From: Pristiophorus japonicus
Taxonomy: Eukaryota
DNA length: 64,000 nucleotides
Reading direction: 5' to 3'
Assembly: GCF_044704955.1 (NCBI RefSeq)
Contig: NC_091985.1
Location: 145,080,001-145,144,000, forward strand
This document shows, piece after piece, positions 12,501 to 23,747 of this stretch (the stretch's first letter is position 1; each line of letters starts with the position of its first letter). A program made the position numbers and the translations under genes. Under the pieces are notes generated by a model. It searched no databases and was not told where the DNA came from. It was given only the letters and a program-made list of their open reading frames with translations.

Positions 12501-13757
12501 TATTTTTATACATTCTGTCCCTTCCTGTCACACTCTGGTTATCATTTCCCCCACTGCTACCCTGCTCTGTTGCCTTCTCCTTGCTCTTTGACTTTTTAAA
12601 TTTCCACTCACCTTAACCTTTCCCCCCCCCCCCCACTATTTAGTTTAAAGCCCTCTCTACAGCCCCAGTTATTCAATTTGCCAGGACACTAGTCCCAGCA
12701 TGGTCTAAGTGGAGCTCATCCCAAAGGAACAGCTTCCTCTTACCCCAGTACTGGTGCCAGTGTCCCAAGAATCGAAACCCATTTTTCCCACACCAATCTT
12801 TGAGCCACCAATTCATCTCTCTGATCGTATTTACCCCTATGCAAATTTGTTCGAGGCTCAGGTTGTAATCCAGAGATTATTACCGTTGTGGTTCTGCTTT
12901 TTAATTTAGCCTCTAGCTGCTCATACTCCCTTAGTAGAAACTCTTTCTTTGTCCTACCTATGTTGTTAGTACCTATGTGGACCACGACAACTGGATCTTC
13001 CCCCTCCCACTCCAAGTTCCTCTCCAGCTCAGAGGAGATGTCCTTAACCCTGGCACTGGGCAGGCAACACAGCCTTCGGGACTCTCACTCTCAGCTGCAG
13101 AGAACAGTATCTATCCCCCTAATAATACTGTCCCCTACCACTACAATGTTTCTTTTTACTCTCCCACTTGAATGACCCCCTGTACCACGGGGCTGTGGTC
13201 AGTTTGCTCATCCTCCCTGCAGTCCCTGCTCTCGTCCACACAGGGAGTTAGAACCTCGAACCTGTTGGACAAGAGCAAGAGCTGAGGCTCCTCCATCACT
13301 ACCTCCTGAGTCCCCATACCTGCCTCGTTTGTAGTCACACCCTCCTGTTCCTGACCACGGACCAAATTTGAATGAATTAATCTAAGGGATGTGACTGCCT
13401 CCTGGTACACAGAGTCCAGGTAACTCTCCCCCTCCCTGATGTGTCGCAGTGTCTGCAGCTCGGACTCCAGCTCATCAACTTGGAGCCAAAGTTCCTCGAG
13501 CTGCAGATGTGGTCGCTGTGGACCTCAATGGGGTCAACCCGCTCCCACATGCAACAACAGAAACACATCGTCTGCCCTGCCATTTAATTGATTACGTTTT
13601 CAAGTTTTGCTTTTTATCCCAGCTCTTAATTTAAACCAATGCCCCAGAAAAGGGAGAAAAACTGACCAACCAATCACTTCCCTGCTTTCTTGTGAGATCA
13701 CACTTTGAATCTTTTTACTTCTTATCCTCCCAGGTCAGTTGCTGCTGTTCTGGCTAA
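9571..13757 (-). mobile_element. Full-length decayed CR1 LINE (ORF1 Cys-rich N-terminus plus SGNH esterase; ORF2 APE-RT)
   Basis: ORF1 pieces LSNRFEVL and VVVHIGTNNIGR; ORF2 pieces IMGDFN, ILDLVL, NYRPVSLTS, YLDFQNAFDKVP; tail at 9571; probable TSD ctgttttat 9562-9570 / ctgtttttat 13758-13767. Confidence 0.93.
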
Positions 13758-14029
13758 CTGTTTTTATGGGGTTTTTTGTTGGCCACAGATGTTGAGAATG
13801 ATTTTGGTCTTGAGATGTAAAGCAGTTCTATTCCCAGCTTGTGAAGCTTTATGACCTGCCAGAATCTGGTGCTAATAACACGTAATTTGTGTGTGTCCAA
13901 CCTTATTTGCGCCGTGGTTCACAAATCCAGGTGCAAACTCTGCTGGATCTATACAGGTAGGAGAGCTCAATTGCATGTAAGGGATAGGGGTAGTTAATGG
14001 GGAGTTTCACAAGGAGGGCCACAAGAATT

Positions 14030-14355
14030 TAGAAAGACTTGCATTTATATAGTGCCTTTCACGACCACCGGATGTCTCAAAGCGCTTTACAGCCAATTAA
14101 GTACTTTGAGTGTAATCACTGTTGTGATGTGGGAAATGCGACAGCCAATTTCTGCACAGCAAGCTCCCACAAACAGTAAAGTGATAATGACCAGATCATC
14201 TGGTTTTGTTCTGTTGATTGAAGGATAAAGATTGGCCAGGACACCGGGGATCATTTCCCTACTGTTCTTCAAAGTAGTGCCACGGGATCTTTTACGTCCA
14301 CCTGAGAGAGCAGAAGGGGCCTTGGTTTAACATCACATCCGAAAGAACACCACTG
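14030..14355 (-). mobile_element. Deu-domain SINE (SacSINE1/AmnSINE1-like) with L2-type tail
   Basis: Reverse complement contains ttaaaccaaggccc...caggtggacgtaaaagatcccgtggcacta...gtgtcctggccaat...tgggagcttgctgtgc and ends tatataaatgcaagtctttct; recognised from memory of the Deu core. Confidence 0.8.
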
Positions 14356-14638
14356 GAGAGCAGTAAAACTCATCTCGAGCCATCAATAACCGTTGCCGGG
14401 GCTGAAGAAAGATGGGATGAAGAGGTGGCAGGCCAGGGTGGAGGGAAAGCATCCTGTGGACGCAGCATACGTTTGCAGACAGTCCAGCAGTTGGTCTCCT
14501 CTTTGATGGCTGCTGAAGTTCTGTTTGTGCTGAGTCGGGTACTTGCGAGGAGAATTTCCCTCTGTGCTGCTCTACAGTACCAACCCGCAGGACAGCACTG
14601 CATTATGGGCCCTCCAGAAGGTGCAGCCACGTCTCAGG

Positions 14639-15077
14639 CCACAGCTGTCCCCGCACATGTGCAGCATCTGTGCTGCGTGGTGAAGGAGCGTTACCAACTG
14701 ATAGCAGCAGCTGCATAACTGGATTTCCTGGCAAGGAACTGTGGTGCATGTAGCACACAAATCACTGACTCCACACGGTCTGGTATAAATCTAACTGCTG
14801 TGACCTTCGTCCCTTATTGTTTAGCTCCAGAGTGCCTCTCAGGTGTGGTGGTCAGCATTTTATAGCGCCTGTTGCAGATACTTCCAGGTTTCCCACCACA
14901 GCGCCCTCTGTGGTGGAGCATTGTGCTTACATTACATTTAAAGTACCAGGACGATACACACATCAATACATAACATCCACAGCTGTCCCCGCACATGTGC
15001 AGCATCTGTGCTGCGTGGTGAAGGAGCGTTACCAACTGATAGCAGCAGCTGCATAACTGGATTTCCTGGCAAGGAAC
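14639..15077. repeat. Perfect 101-bp direct repeat (14639-14739 and 14977-15077) flanking the solo LTR
   Basis: ccacagctgtccccgcac...ttcctggcaaggaac is identical in both copies. Confidence 0.97.
14740..14975 (-). mobile_element. Solo LTR (236 bp, TG...CA), related to the Gypsy LTRs at 37697 and 38904
   Basis: Minus strand TGTTATG...CACCACA with TATAAAA; shares cactctggagcta..aataa..gac.aaggtcaca.cagtt with LTR 37697-37959. Confidence 0.85.
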
Positions 15078-15232
15078 AAATTTCCAGCTGTCCCAGTAAT
15101 ACAGTGCCTGAGAAGATTTAGGTCCTCATACACGGAATTACTGTCAGAAAGTGTTCAAACTGTCAAAAGTTGGCAAGTAAATGAGGATATTTAATCTGTA
15201 ACTGTTACCACTTTATTGGTCGTTAAGATTGT

Positions 15233-16298
15233 ACGGTAGTGGTTATATTACTTGACTATTAATCTGGAGAATGTGAGCTCAAATCCCACCGTGGCAGTTT
15301 ATAAAATCTGGAAATAAAAACCTAGGGGGAGACATTGAGATAGTTAGTGCCCTCCCGTAATGGGATGCAAACGGCATTTTGGCCGGGTGCGCCGCTGCTA
15401 ACGACTCCCGTTAAATTCCATGGGAGTTTAGCGGCGGCGGTAACCGGTAGCGTCCCGCTCCGCTGGCGATAATGATGTCATCACCGTGCGCAATAACCCG
15501 TTTTCATCCCGGAGCAAAAATTCAGGAGCACTCCCTGAAGCTGCGCCGGGCGATGACAACGACCGTTCAGGGGGCGCGTCCCGGGCTGTAGGCCGCTCTG
15601 GGGGCGCTAGTTTTAGGGGAAGTGGCGCTCGCAAGAAAAAAATAATCGGCCAACTTACCGGTTGCATGGTGGAACGCGGGGCGGGGTCCGTGCCGCGATC
15701 TGGCAGCCGGCACTCCGCTTGAGTGCTGGGCTAATGCCACAGCACCCCACTCCCCGGTGGTCCAGGTCGGGGCCTCCAGAGCCAGCAGATTTTAATGAAG
15801 GGGAGGGCCCCTTCTACACGGCAGCGCTCCGTGTCCCAGTGTGTAGCGCTGCGCCCCTCTCTGTTTGCTACCGCCTGCTCGCGCCCCACAGAGCAAGTGG
15901 CGCTTGTTATTTTGTGCTTCACTTGCCCTCAGGGGCAGTAACCCCAATATCACGAGGGGACGGGACTTCCGCTCCTGGTGCAGGAACTCTCGCCTCACGG
16001 CTGTTACCGCCCCTGAACGGGGCAAATTGCAATTTCCCCCCACCCCCCCCCCCCAATATCAGTAAAAGTGGCATGAGGCTATTGGAATGTCATAAAAACT
16101 TAACCGGTTCACTAATGTCCTTTAGGGAAGGAAACCTGCCGTCCTTACCTGGGCAGACCGATACGTGACTTCAGTTATAAGCCAATGTGGTTACCTCTTA
16201 ACTGGCTTGGAAGTGGCATAGCAAGTCACCAGGGATGGGGAATAAATGCCAGCCTTACCAGTGACACCCACATCGAAAGGTTGAATTTAAAAAAAAAT
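15233..16298 (+). mobile_element. tRNA-derived SINE split by a MITE
   Basis: Head with box-like ggtagtggtta...gagctcaaatccc at 15235-15290; body ggttcactaatgtcctttagggaaggaaacctgccgtccttacc and A-rich tail at 16057-16298. Confidence 0.65.
15325..16041. mobile_element. Non-autonomous PIF/Harbinger-like MITE
   Basis: Imperfect TIRs gggggagacattg / caatttccccc; CpG-rich interior; inverted relative at 30525-30838. Confidence 0.65.
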
Positions 16299-16599
16299 GA
16301 TAGCTGTGCCAATTAGCTTCTGTGCTATCAGCCTCCATTTAATACATCAGACAGCCATATTAACTCCTGTCCAAGAGAAACCAAAGGCTTTGCTCCAGAG
16401 GACTGCTAAAATAAAATGACAGTAACTGAAACCAATGTTTGATGCCAATGCTGGGTTACTAAGGATACTGGATGCCATTGATTGCACACAAGCTGAGGCA
16501 GCTACGCAGAGTGCCCTTAACAAATCAAAGCATCTAGGAATGTCGCCTGGTTCCATTCCTATCTATCCAGTAATAGCCAGAGAGTCACTTGCTCTTCCC

Positions 16600-18011
16600 A
16601 TTCCTGCACTGTTACCTCTGGGATCCCCCAAAGATGTATCCTTGGCCCCCCTCCTATTTCACATCTACATGCAGCCCCTTGGCGACATCATCTGAAAACA
16701 CATTAGGTTCCAGATGTACGCTGACGACACCCAGCTCTACCTCACCACCACCTCGCTCGACCATCCCACACACCCCCACCGCCACCCCTCCTCCCCCCAC
16801 CCCACCACCACTCTCTCTGATTTGTCACGCTGCGTATCCGACATCCAGTATTGAATGAGTAGAAATTTCCTCCAATTAAATATTGTGATGTCCGAAGCCG
16901 TTGTCTTCGGTCCCGCCACGAACTCCGTTCCCTAGCCATTGACTCCATCCTTTTCCCTGGACACTTTCTGAGGCTGAACCAGACCACTCGCAACCTTGGT
17001 GCCGTATTTGGCCCTGATCTGAGCTCCCGACCACATATTCTCCCCATCACCAAGACTGCCTACTTCCACCTCCGTAACATCGCCCGTCTCCGCCCCTGCC
17101 TCAGCTCATCCACTGCTGAAACCCTCATCCATGACTTTGTTATCTCTAGACTCGACTATTCTAATGCTCTCCTGGCTGGCTGTCCACCTAGCACGCCCCC
17201 AACCCCATCCCGGCCTGGTAAATTTGAGCTCATCCAAAACTCTGCAGCCTGTGTCGTAACTCACACCAAGTCCTGTTCACCCTTAGCCATGCCTGTGTTA
17301 CTTCCAGACTTGACTATTCCAGCGCACTAAACTAGAGGTGATCCAAACCTCAGCTGCCCGTGTCCTAACTTGCACCAAGTCCCACTCACCCATTACCCTC
17401 ATGCTCGCTGACCTACATTGGCTCCCAGTTAAGCAATGCCTCAATTTCAAAACTTTCATCCTTGTTTTTAAAGCCCTTCATGGGCTCGCTCCTCCCTATC
17501 TCTGTAATCTCCTCCAGCCCTGCGATTAACGTTCCCGTTAAGCTGTCCGGCAGCGGTCTGGAGGTTCCCCCCCCCCACCCCCGCAGGCTGCTCAGCGGCT
17601 TTTCAATGGGGGAAACCGTGTATGTGTGAAATTTTGAATGGGCCATGCAGGCAGTAAAAGGGACAGCGTGCCGAAAAGAATTAGAGGGAACATTGCCTAT
17701 GACCCTCCGAGATCTCTGCACTCCACCAATGCTGGCCTCTTGCACATCCCCGAATTTCATTGTTCCACCATTGGAGGGCATGCGATCAGGCCCCAAGTTC
17801 TGGAACTCCCTCCCTAAACCTCTCTACCTCTCTCTCCTCCTTTAAGACGCTCCTTAAAACCTACCTCTTTGACCAAGCTTTTAGTCACTTGTCCTGATAT
17901 CTCCTTATGTGGTTTGGCGTCAACTTTCATTTGATAACGCTCCTGTGAAACTCCTTAGGATGTTTTACTACATTGAAAGAGCTATATAAATGCAAGTTGT
18001 TTTTGTTGTTG
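16600..18011 (+). mobile_element. L2 LINE 3' portion, decayed
   Basis: Frameshifted LLFHIYMQPLGDII, YADDTQLY, LADLHWLPVKQ; tail tatataaatgcaagttgtttttgttgttg. Confidence 0.9.
17527..17695. mobile_element. Small hAT-like MITE inside L2
   Basis: TIRs taacgttcccgttaa / ttagagggaacattg; degenerate 8-bp TSD cctgcgat / cctatgac. Confidence 0.6.
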
Positions 18012-18129
18012 TGCAAGTAAGGTATGGTGGCATGGTCAGAACCATGCATACATGTATCAATTGGTCTGGCCTTGTGCAGCTCCTTCATTTTGCCTCCCTA
18101 CCACTTCTCTTAATCCATCCACTGCCTTT

Positions 18130-18903
18130 GTGTTGTCAAACTGCTTGGCCATTGTAAAGTCTTGGATTTCCTCCAGTTAAACGTTGGGAAGGCTGAAGCC
18201 ACTGTGTTCAGTCCCTGCCACAACCTCTGTGCTCTCACCATTGATTCAATCCAGCTCCCCAGCCATTGTCCCACACTGAATCAGATTGTTCACCATCTCG
18301 GCGTCCTATTAATATGAACTGAGCCTCCAACCCCAGATCCTCTCCATCAGAACAACTGCTTACTTCCACCTCTGTATTATCTCCCATCTCCGCCCCTGCA
18401 CATTATCACGTAAGGCATTGAATCTCTCATCTATGCCTTTGTCAACTCCAGACTTGACTATTCCAGTGCTCCCTTGGCCAGTCTCCCATTCTCCATCCTA
18501 CATAAACTTCAGCTTATCCATAATTCTGCTGCCTGTATCCTGCACCAAGTCCCACTCACCCATCGCCCCTGTCCTTGCAGGCTTTGGCTCCCAGTCCCCC
18601 AATGCCTCAAATTTAAAATTCTCATCCTCGTGTTTCAACCCTCTGAGAACTCTGCGTTCCTCTGACTCTGGCAACATCCAGCACAATGCATCTCCCCAAC
18701 ACCCTCACCCCACCATTGGTGGCTGTGCCTTCAGCCATCTAGGCCCCATGCTCTGGAATTCTCTGCCTCTCCAACACCCTCTCCTCCTTTAAGGTCCTGT
18801 TTAAAACCCATCTCTTTGTCCAAGCTTTTAGTCACCCTTTTATAATATCTCTTTCATTGCCTCAGCATCCATTTGTGTCCCTGTGAAGCACCCTGGGACT
18901 TTA
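18130..18903 (+). mobile_element. Second L2 fragment; its tail resumes at 22159-22200
   Basis: actccagacttgactattcc, LHKLQLIHNSAA, ctctggaattctct; tail gtgaagcaccctgggact...ttaaagacgcagtataaatataagctg is split by the Harbinger element. Confidence 0.8.
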
Positions 18904-21900
18904 GGGGCAGAAATTGATGGCTGCCCATTTTTCGGCGGTCACCGGGCAGGAGGACCGTTTTTGGTGCCTGCTGCCGCCGGGTCCCGTAGGGAGCCACTTT
19001 CGTCGCCGTTGTGTGGGCGGCAGCGGGAGCGGTAGTCGGCATCAGTCGGTGCGCGGGAGCAGGCAGGAGCGGGACTCGACGGGAAATTTCATGAGTGCGG
19101 CAGGTGGAGGCCTCTCCACTCGGGTATTTTCAGAGGGCCTCCACTGCGCATCCGTGGGATTTCGTCAGGTTTTTTTGTCGTTTTGGGGATGGGGCCTGTA
19201 GTCCTTTTGTGGCCCTTGCACACTAATTGAGGAAGTGCTCGTGGCCATAAAAGGAGAGCACTCAATTGCACCTGCGAGGGGAGAGAAGAGAGGAGAGAGA
19301 GAAGAGTGGAGACAGAGGAGAGAGGAGAGAGAGAGAGGAGAGAGAAAAGAGGAGCGAGGAGAGGAGCAAGGAGAGAGAGGAGAGAGTTGGAGGTTAGAGA
19401 GCAGAGGTGGCATTGGAGAGGGGCCAGTCTGAGTTGCAGAAAGGGCAGTGTGACAAATTTATAACCAGACTGTTCAGCAGCCATTCCTCTCATCATGGAT
19501 GCTGGGTGGCCAGAAAGCGTCAATGAAGACTGGCAGAACCAGGCCCAGAGCTCCGTGGTTTAATGAGGAGGAGTTGGAGGAGCTAGTGACAGAGGTGGAG
19601 CGCAGGTACAGCAAACTCACCCGGGATGGACGTGGCAAGCCTTCACCAGCCCAATACCGACATAGGTCAGATGGTCAGTGCAACGGGCAACGTGGAGCGA
19701 GATGAGGACCAATGCCGCAAACAGTGGAACAGTGAGCACACATCTATTCGGCCCCTTCTGTCCAAGGCCAAAAAGGTTGTGCACGTGATGTGTGTGTGTG
19801 GGAGTGTGTGTGGGGGGCATGAGCAAAGGGGGGTAAAGGCTCCAACGTTTCTTTGTGCAGAGAAAACAAGCAGCCAAACAGGCAAGCCTGCGTGCGACCG
19901 GAGGGGCCCACAAGATGTGGTGGAATTGACCAGGCTGGAGGAGCGTGCGTTGGCATTGGTGGGACATCGCCACATTCCAACCACAAACGTTTCTGCAGAT
20001 CCGGTGCTACCGTGGGGTAAGGCTACACTCATCTCTGGTGTCAGCGACAGTCATGGCATGAAAGTATTTGCAATGATAAGGCTCTCGCGGTTGAAAGCAC
20101 AATTTGTCGCCCCTTATTGGTGTGGACATATAGGGATGGGATTTCTTGCTGGCATAATGTGAGATGGCATGGCTCACACCTCACTTTCACCACCACCACC
20201 CCCCCACAGTCTGAAATTTTGTCCTCTACTTGCAGATGCTGACTCGGACAGCACGGATCTAGAGAGGCCATCGACCTCTGGCATTCACAGATGCCTTCAC
20301 ACCCCAGCATCTCCCACCCCGACGTTCTCCACACCCAAGGACACCGGATCCTTCCTGCACCCCCAGCCCACATCACCCATATCCACCGCTCCCACCTCCG
20401 CCACCCAGGGCCAGGAAGAAGAGGAGAGAGAGGAGGGAGAAGGGCCTATATTTGTGCCCCTTCACCTGGGTGATCCAGAAGCGCTAACATGAGCCCCCTG
20501 CCAAGTCAGCCAAGTGTCTGCAGAACCTCAGCGTCGGGCTCAGATTTCCTGGGGTCTCCTACAGACTCCACTCAAGCAAGCGCAGAGTTCGTAGTGCAAA
20601 GAGAAGCAAGGCCCCAGCACCCAGCAGCATCGAGCAACCACCTGCGGACGCAGCACAGCTTGCTCTATCATACCAGATGGTCCAACTCTTAACCACAAGT
20701 GTGGAGGTAGGTGGCGAGATGCAGCAGACCATGGGGCTGGGATATCCGCCAGCATCACCACAATCACTCAGCAGCACGATGAAAGGATGGAGCGCTTCCT
20801 CACAGTGTTAGAGCGCAGAGCAGAAAGCGTTGAGGTCATAAGGCAGGAGATGACTTCTACACACGTGGTGCAAACCCCCGACCCCACACCCTCAAGGCAG
20901 ACAGAAGGGGAGCAGCAGGAGATCCCGGCGCCTTCGGTCCCGCGCCCCACGTTCTCACCAATACGCACATGTCTACACACATCGCGCTGCCCTCCTGCAC
21001 AACTTCCTGAACCAGAGGCAGTGAGGGGCAGGGGAGGGCCACTCTGTTGTGTAGGTGTGGGGAGGAAGAGGAACTTGGGTGTCGCTGCAAAGGGGGGGGG
21101 GGGGGCGGGAAGAGAGGTAGTGGTGCCGGGTAGAGGGGTGGGTGTTGCTGCCTCGTCTAAATGTATGTATATGTGATAACATTATGTAACGTTTGTCATT
21201 GTGCACTTGTAAATACACTCACATTGTTGACCCTCTGTTGATGCGTGTGTCATTTTAACGTCATGTGTGGTGCGTTGCGCCAACCACACATCTGTCCCTC
21301 AGGTCATCTGTTTCATCAGGAATATATTCCCATCCACGTCTGACTGCAGTGTATAATGGGTCCTGTCATCAGGCCATCACAAGATGACAATGAATGCAGG
21401 AAGGCTGCCATTCAATTACTCTAGTTTACCAAGTTGCAAGGCAGACTGTAAGGCTTACAAAGCAAACCTCTTTTAGCAAGGCCAAAGATGGAGGAGTGCC
21501 ACCCATGAGATGACATGGTCTATCAGTTACATTGCAGTACATTGTGCGAGACAATTAATGAATCAGTTTGGATGTACAACATGTGAGATGCTGAACACTT
21601 TTCAGTCACTCATAATAATTTTCCCTTTGCCATTGGCCTTCTCAATGAAGGACTTTCAACAAGGTGCAACAAAAAAACCTCCATTAGCTTAGACACACTT
21701 CAGTTGGTTGTATGACATCCAATTTAACCATCACCATCAGCAATAAAATAATGCAAAATTGACTTAACTTCTTTCCAGCAGTCCCACGGATATGGTGCAG
21801 AATCCGACTGGCTGCCGTGATGTGATGGCCTCCAGCACTCCCACCCAGCCGATGTGCGATTGGTGCCCGATTCCACTCCACCGCTGCCTCCCGCCCAGCT

Positions 21901-22158
21901 CAGACCTGCTTTTCCAGAGCGGTCCTTCTGGCGGGCGGCAGGTCGATGGGAGGCCACGAAAAGTGACCAAAATGGACATTCACAGATATCTGCCCTGGGC
22001 GGGTGGGACACTGACATGGGCAGAACCCTTCCACACCAGGTTCCCGCCGGGCGGAACCTTGACAGCAGGTGGGCATTTCTGGAGGAATTGCCCAGAAAAT
22101 GGCCACTTCTGGCGGAACCTTGGCAGCTGCGGGTGGGACATCGATGAAAATCGGCCCC
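18904..22158 (+). mobile_element. PIF/Harbinger DNA transposon carrying a decayed Myb/SANT-like accessory gene; transposase largely absent
   Basis: GGGGC...GCCCC ends with TTA TSD (18901-18903, 22159-22161); RAPWFNEEELEELVTEVERRY...ERDEDQCRKQWN trihelix-type motif at 19523-19730. Confidence 0.85.
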
Positions 22159-22737
22159 TTAGTCTTTGTTAAAGACGCAGTATAAATATAAGCTGCTGTT
22201 CTACTGAATCATACAGATCCGGAAAGTGCAAGGTTCAGTGTCTGGTCTCTATTAAGTTAACCAATTTACAATTGATCTCAATACCTTCAGACTAGAGAGG
22301 TAAAAATCAACCAGGGTTTACACTGCTGCTCAGTTTCAGCAGAAAAGTACATGCATACGTATGTCTGTATGCATATGTGCACACGCGTGTGTGTGTGTGT
22401 GTGTGTGTATACGCAGGCGGCATGTGACAACTGGATCAAGATCAGTTGTGATGCCCCCCCAAGGTTATGTTGCTTGCCAACGCTCATTGTCCATCATATG
22501 ATAGGTGGCCAGCTTGGTGAAGTAACACAAGTTCCCCAGCAGCCGTGGAAAACTCTCAGGAACAACTCAGTATCTCCAAAAAGGAGGCTGAAGTAAAGGT
22601 GAGAAAGTTGTTAAAAAGGGACTGAAGTCCCAGGATCATCAGGGAGTGAAGAGCAGAAGACTGCAAGAGGAACAGTCCAGGAAGCCAGTGTCATTGATTC
22701 TCATAAAATACCCCTGAACATCAGCAGTCCCCAAATC

Positions 22738-23218
22738 TCTTCCTTTCTCTTGGGCGGTCCCTCGTATCGAGGATGACTTGCTTCCACACCAAAAAGGGAT
22801 GCGTTCACAGGTATTTCAATGAAGGACCTAATTAATATTCCAGGTCCTGAACGACATCTTGAAGGGTGGAAAATGCCTGTACGTGGATTTTTTTAACGTG
22901 GGGTGGCCGTTGCACACCAGCCACCACACGGGCTTGACAGAGCTAGGTCTTGGTCCAGTGGCAAGGATTAACCAAGACGGCTGGAGACCAGCTCTGCTGC
23001 ACGGACCCAGTGTGCGCACATATTGCAGTGTGGGCTGGCCCGTGCTGCCCCTGGGTCCTCGCCTCTCCTGGGCCCCGATCACGTCGCTCTGCAATCTTTC
23101 GCTGCTCCTTCGCTCTGACCTCGCCGCTCCTGCTGTACCTGCCCACGCTCCAATCAGCGACCTGAATTATGGTAACGTCCAATCCAGTCGCCCTCTTCAC
23201 TGCCGGCATCCTCCTGCA
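22738..23218 (-). mobile_element. Bipartite non-autonomous RTE derivative (5' UTR plus first codons fused to the RTE 3' end)
   Basis: Contains the RTE 5' UTR block and start MSFRTWNI, then ggaagcaagtcatcctcgatacgagggaccgcccaagag matching the RTE end at 9505-9546; TSD CCCAAATC 22730-22737 / 23219-23226. Confidence 0.85.
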
Positions 23219-23511
23219 CCCAAATCACCAGCATGAGTACCAACGTGATACCCACTAAACTCCGAATACCCCTTAAGACCATCGACACAATCTCGCACTC
23301 AACATCGCCACAACTCAACAGCATCAACACCACTGCCCACCACAACCAACCCCCGCCCCAAAACCACACCCTCAATGCCCGATAAACACCACCTCCTCAA
23401 CCCAATGCCTCCAGCACTAACACCCTAAATCCTAACATTTGACCTTCAAACACCCATCACAAGAGCCTCAAAACACTACCGCCTCACCATCACCCGAATC
23501 ACACTGACTCC

Positions 23512-23720
23512 AATACAACAACAACTTGCATTTATATAGCACCTTTAACATAGTAAAATGTCCCAAGGCGAGTCACAGGAATCAGGCAAGTAGTGACATC
23601 GAGCAATATTAGGACAGGTGAAGAGGTAGGTTTTAAGGAGCATCTTTAAGGAGGAGAGAGAGGTGGAGTAGTTGGGAATTCCAGAGCTTAGGGCTGAGAT
23701 GGCTGAAGATACTACCCTAC
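23512..23720 (-). mobile_element. L2 3' tail fragment
   Basis: caacaacaacttgcatttatatagcacctttaacatagtaaaatgtcccaaggcg is the reverse of the L2 tail. Confidence 0.75.
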
Positions 23721-23747
23721 ATTCCTGATGCAAAGCCTGGTCATTTA

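Noticed and set aside
14370-14760. Host exon(s) around the 101-bp duplication
   Set aside because: No frame gives a recognisable protein and splice signals are ambiguous.
22205-22560. Old SINE-like fragment around a (GT)n microsatellite
   Set aside because: It is too degraded to assign a family or boundaries.
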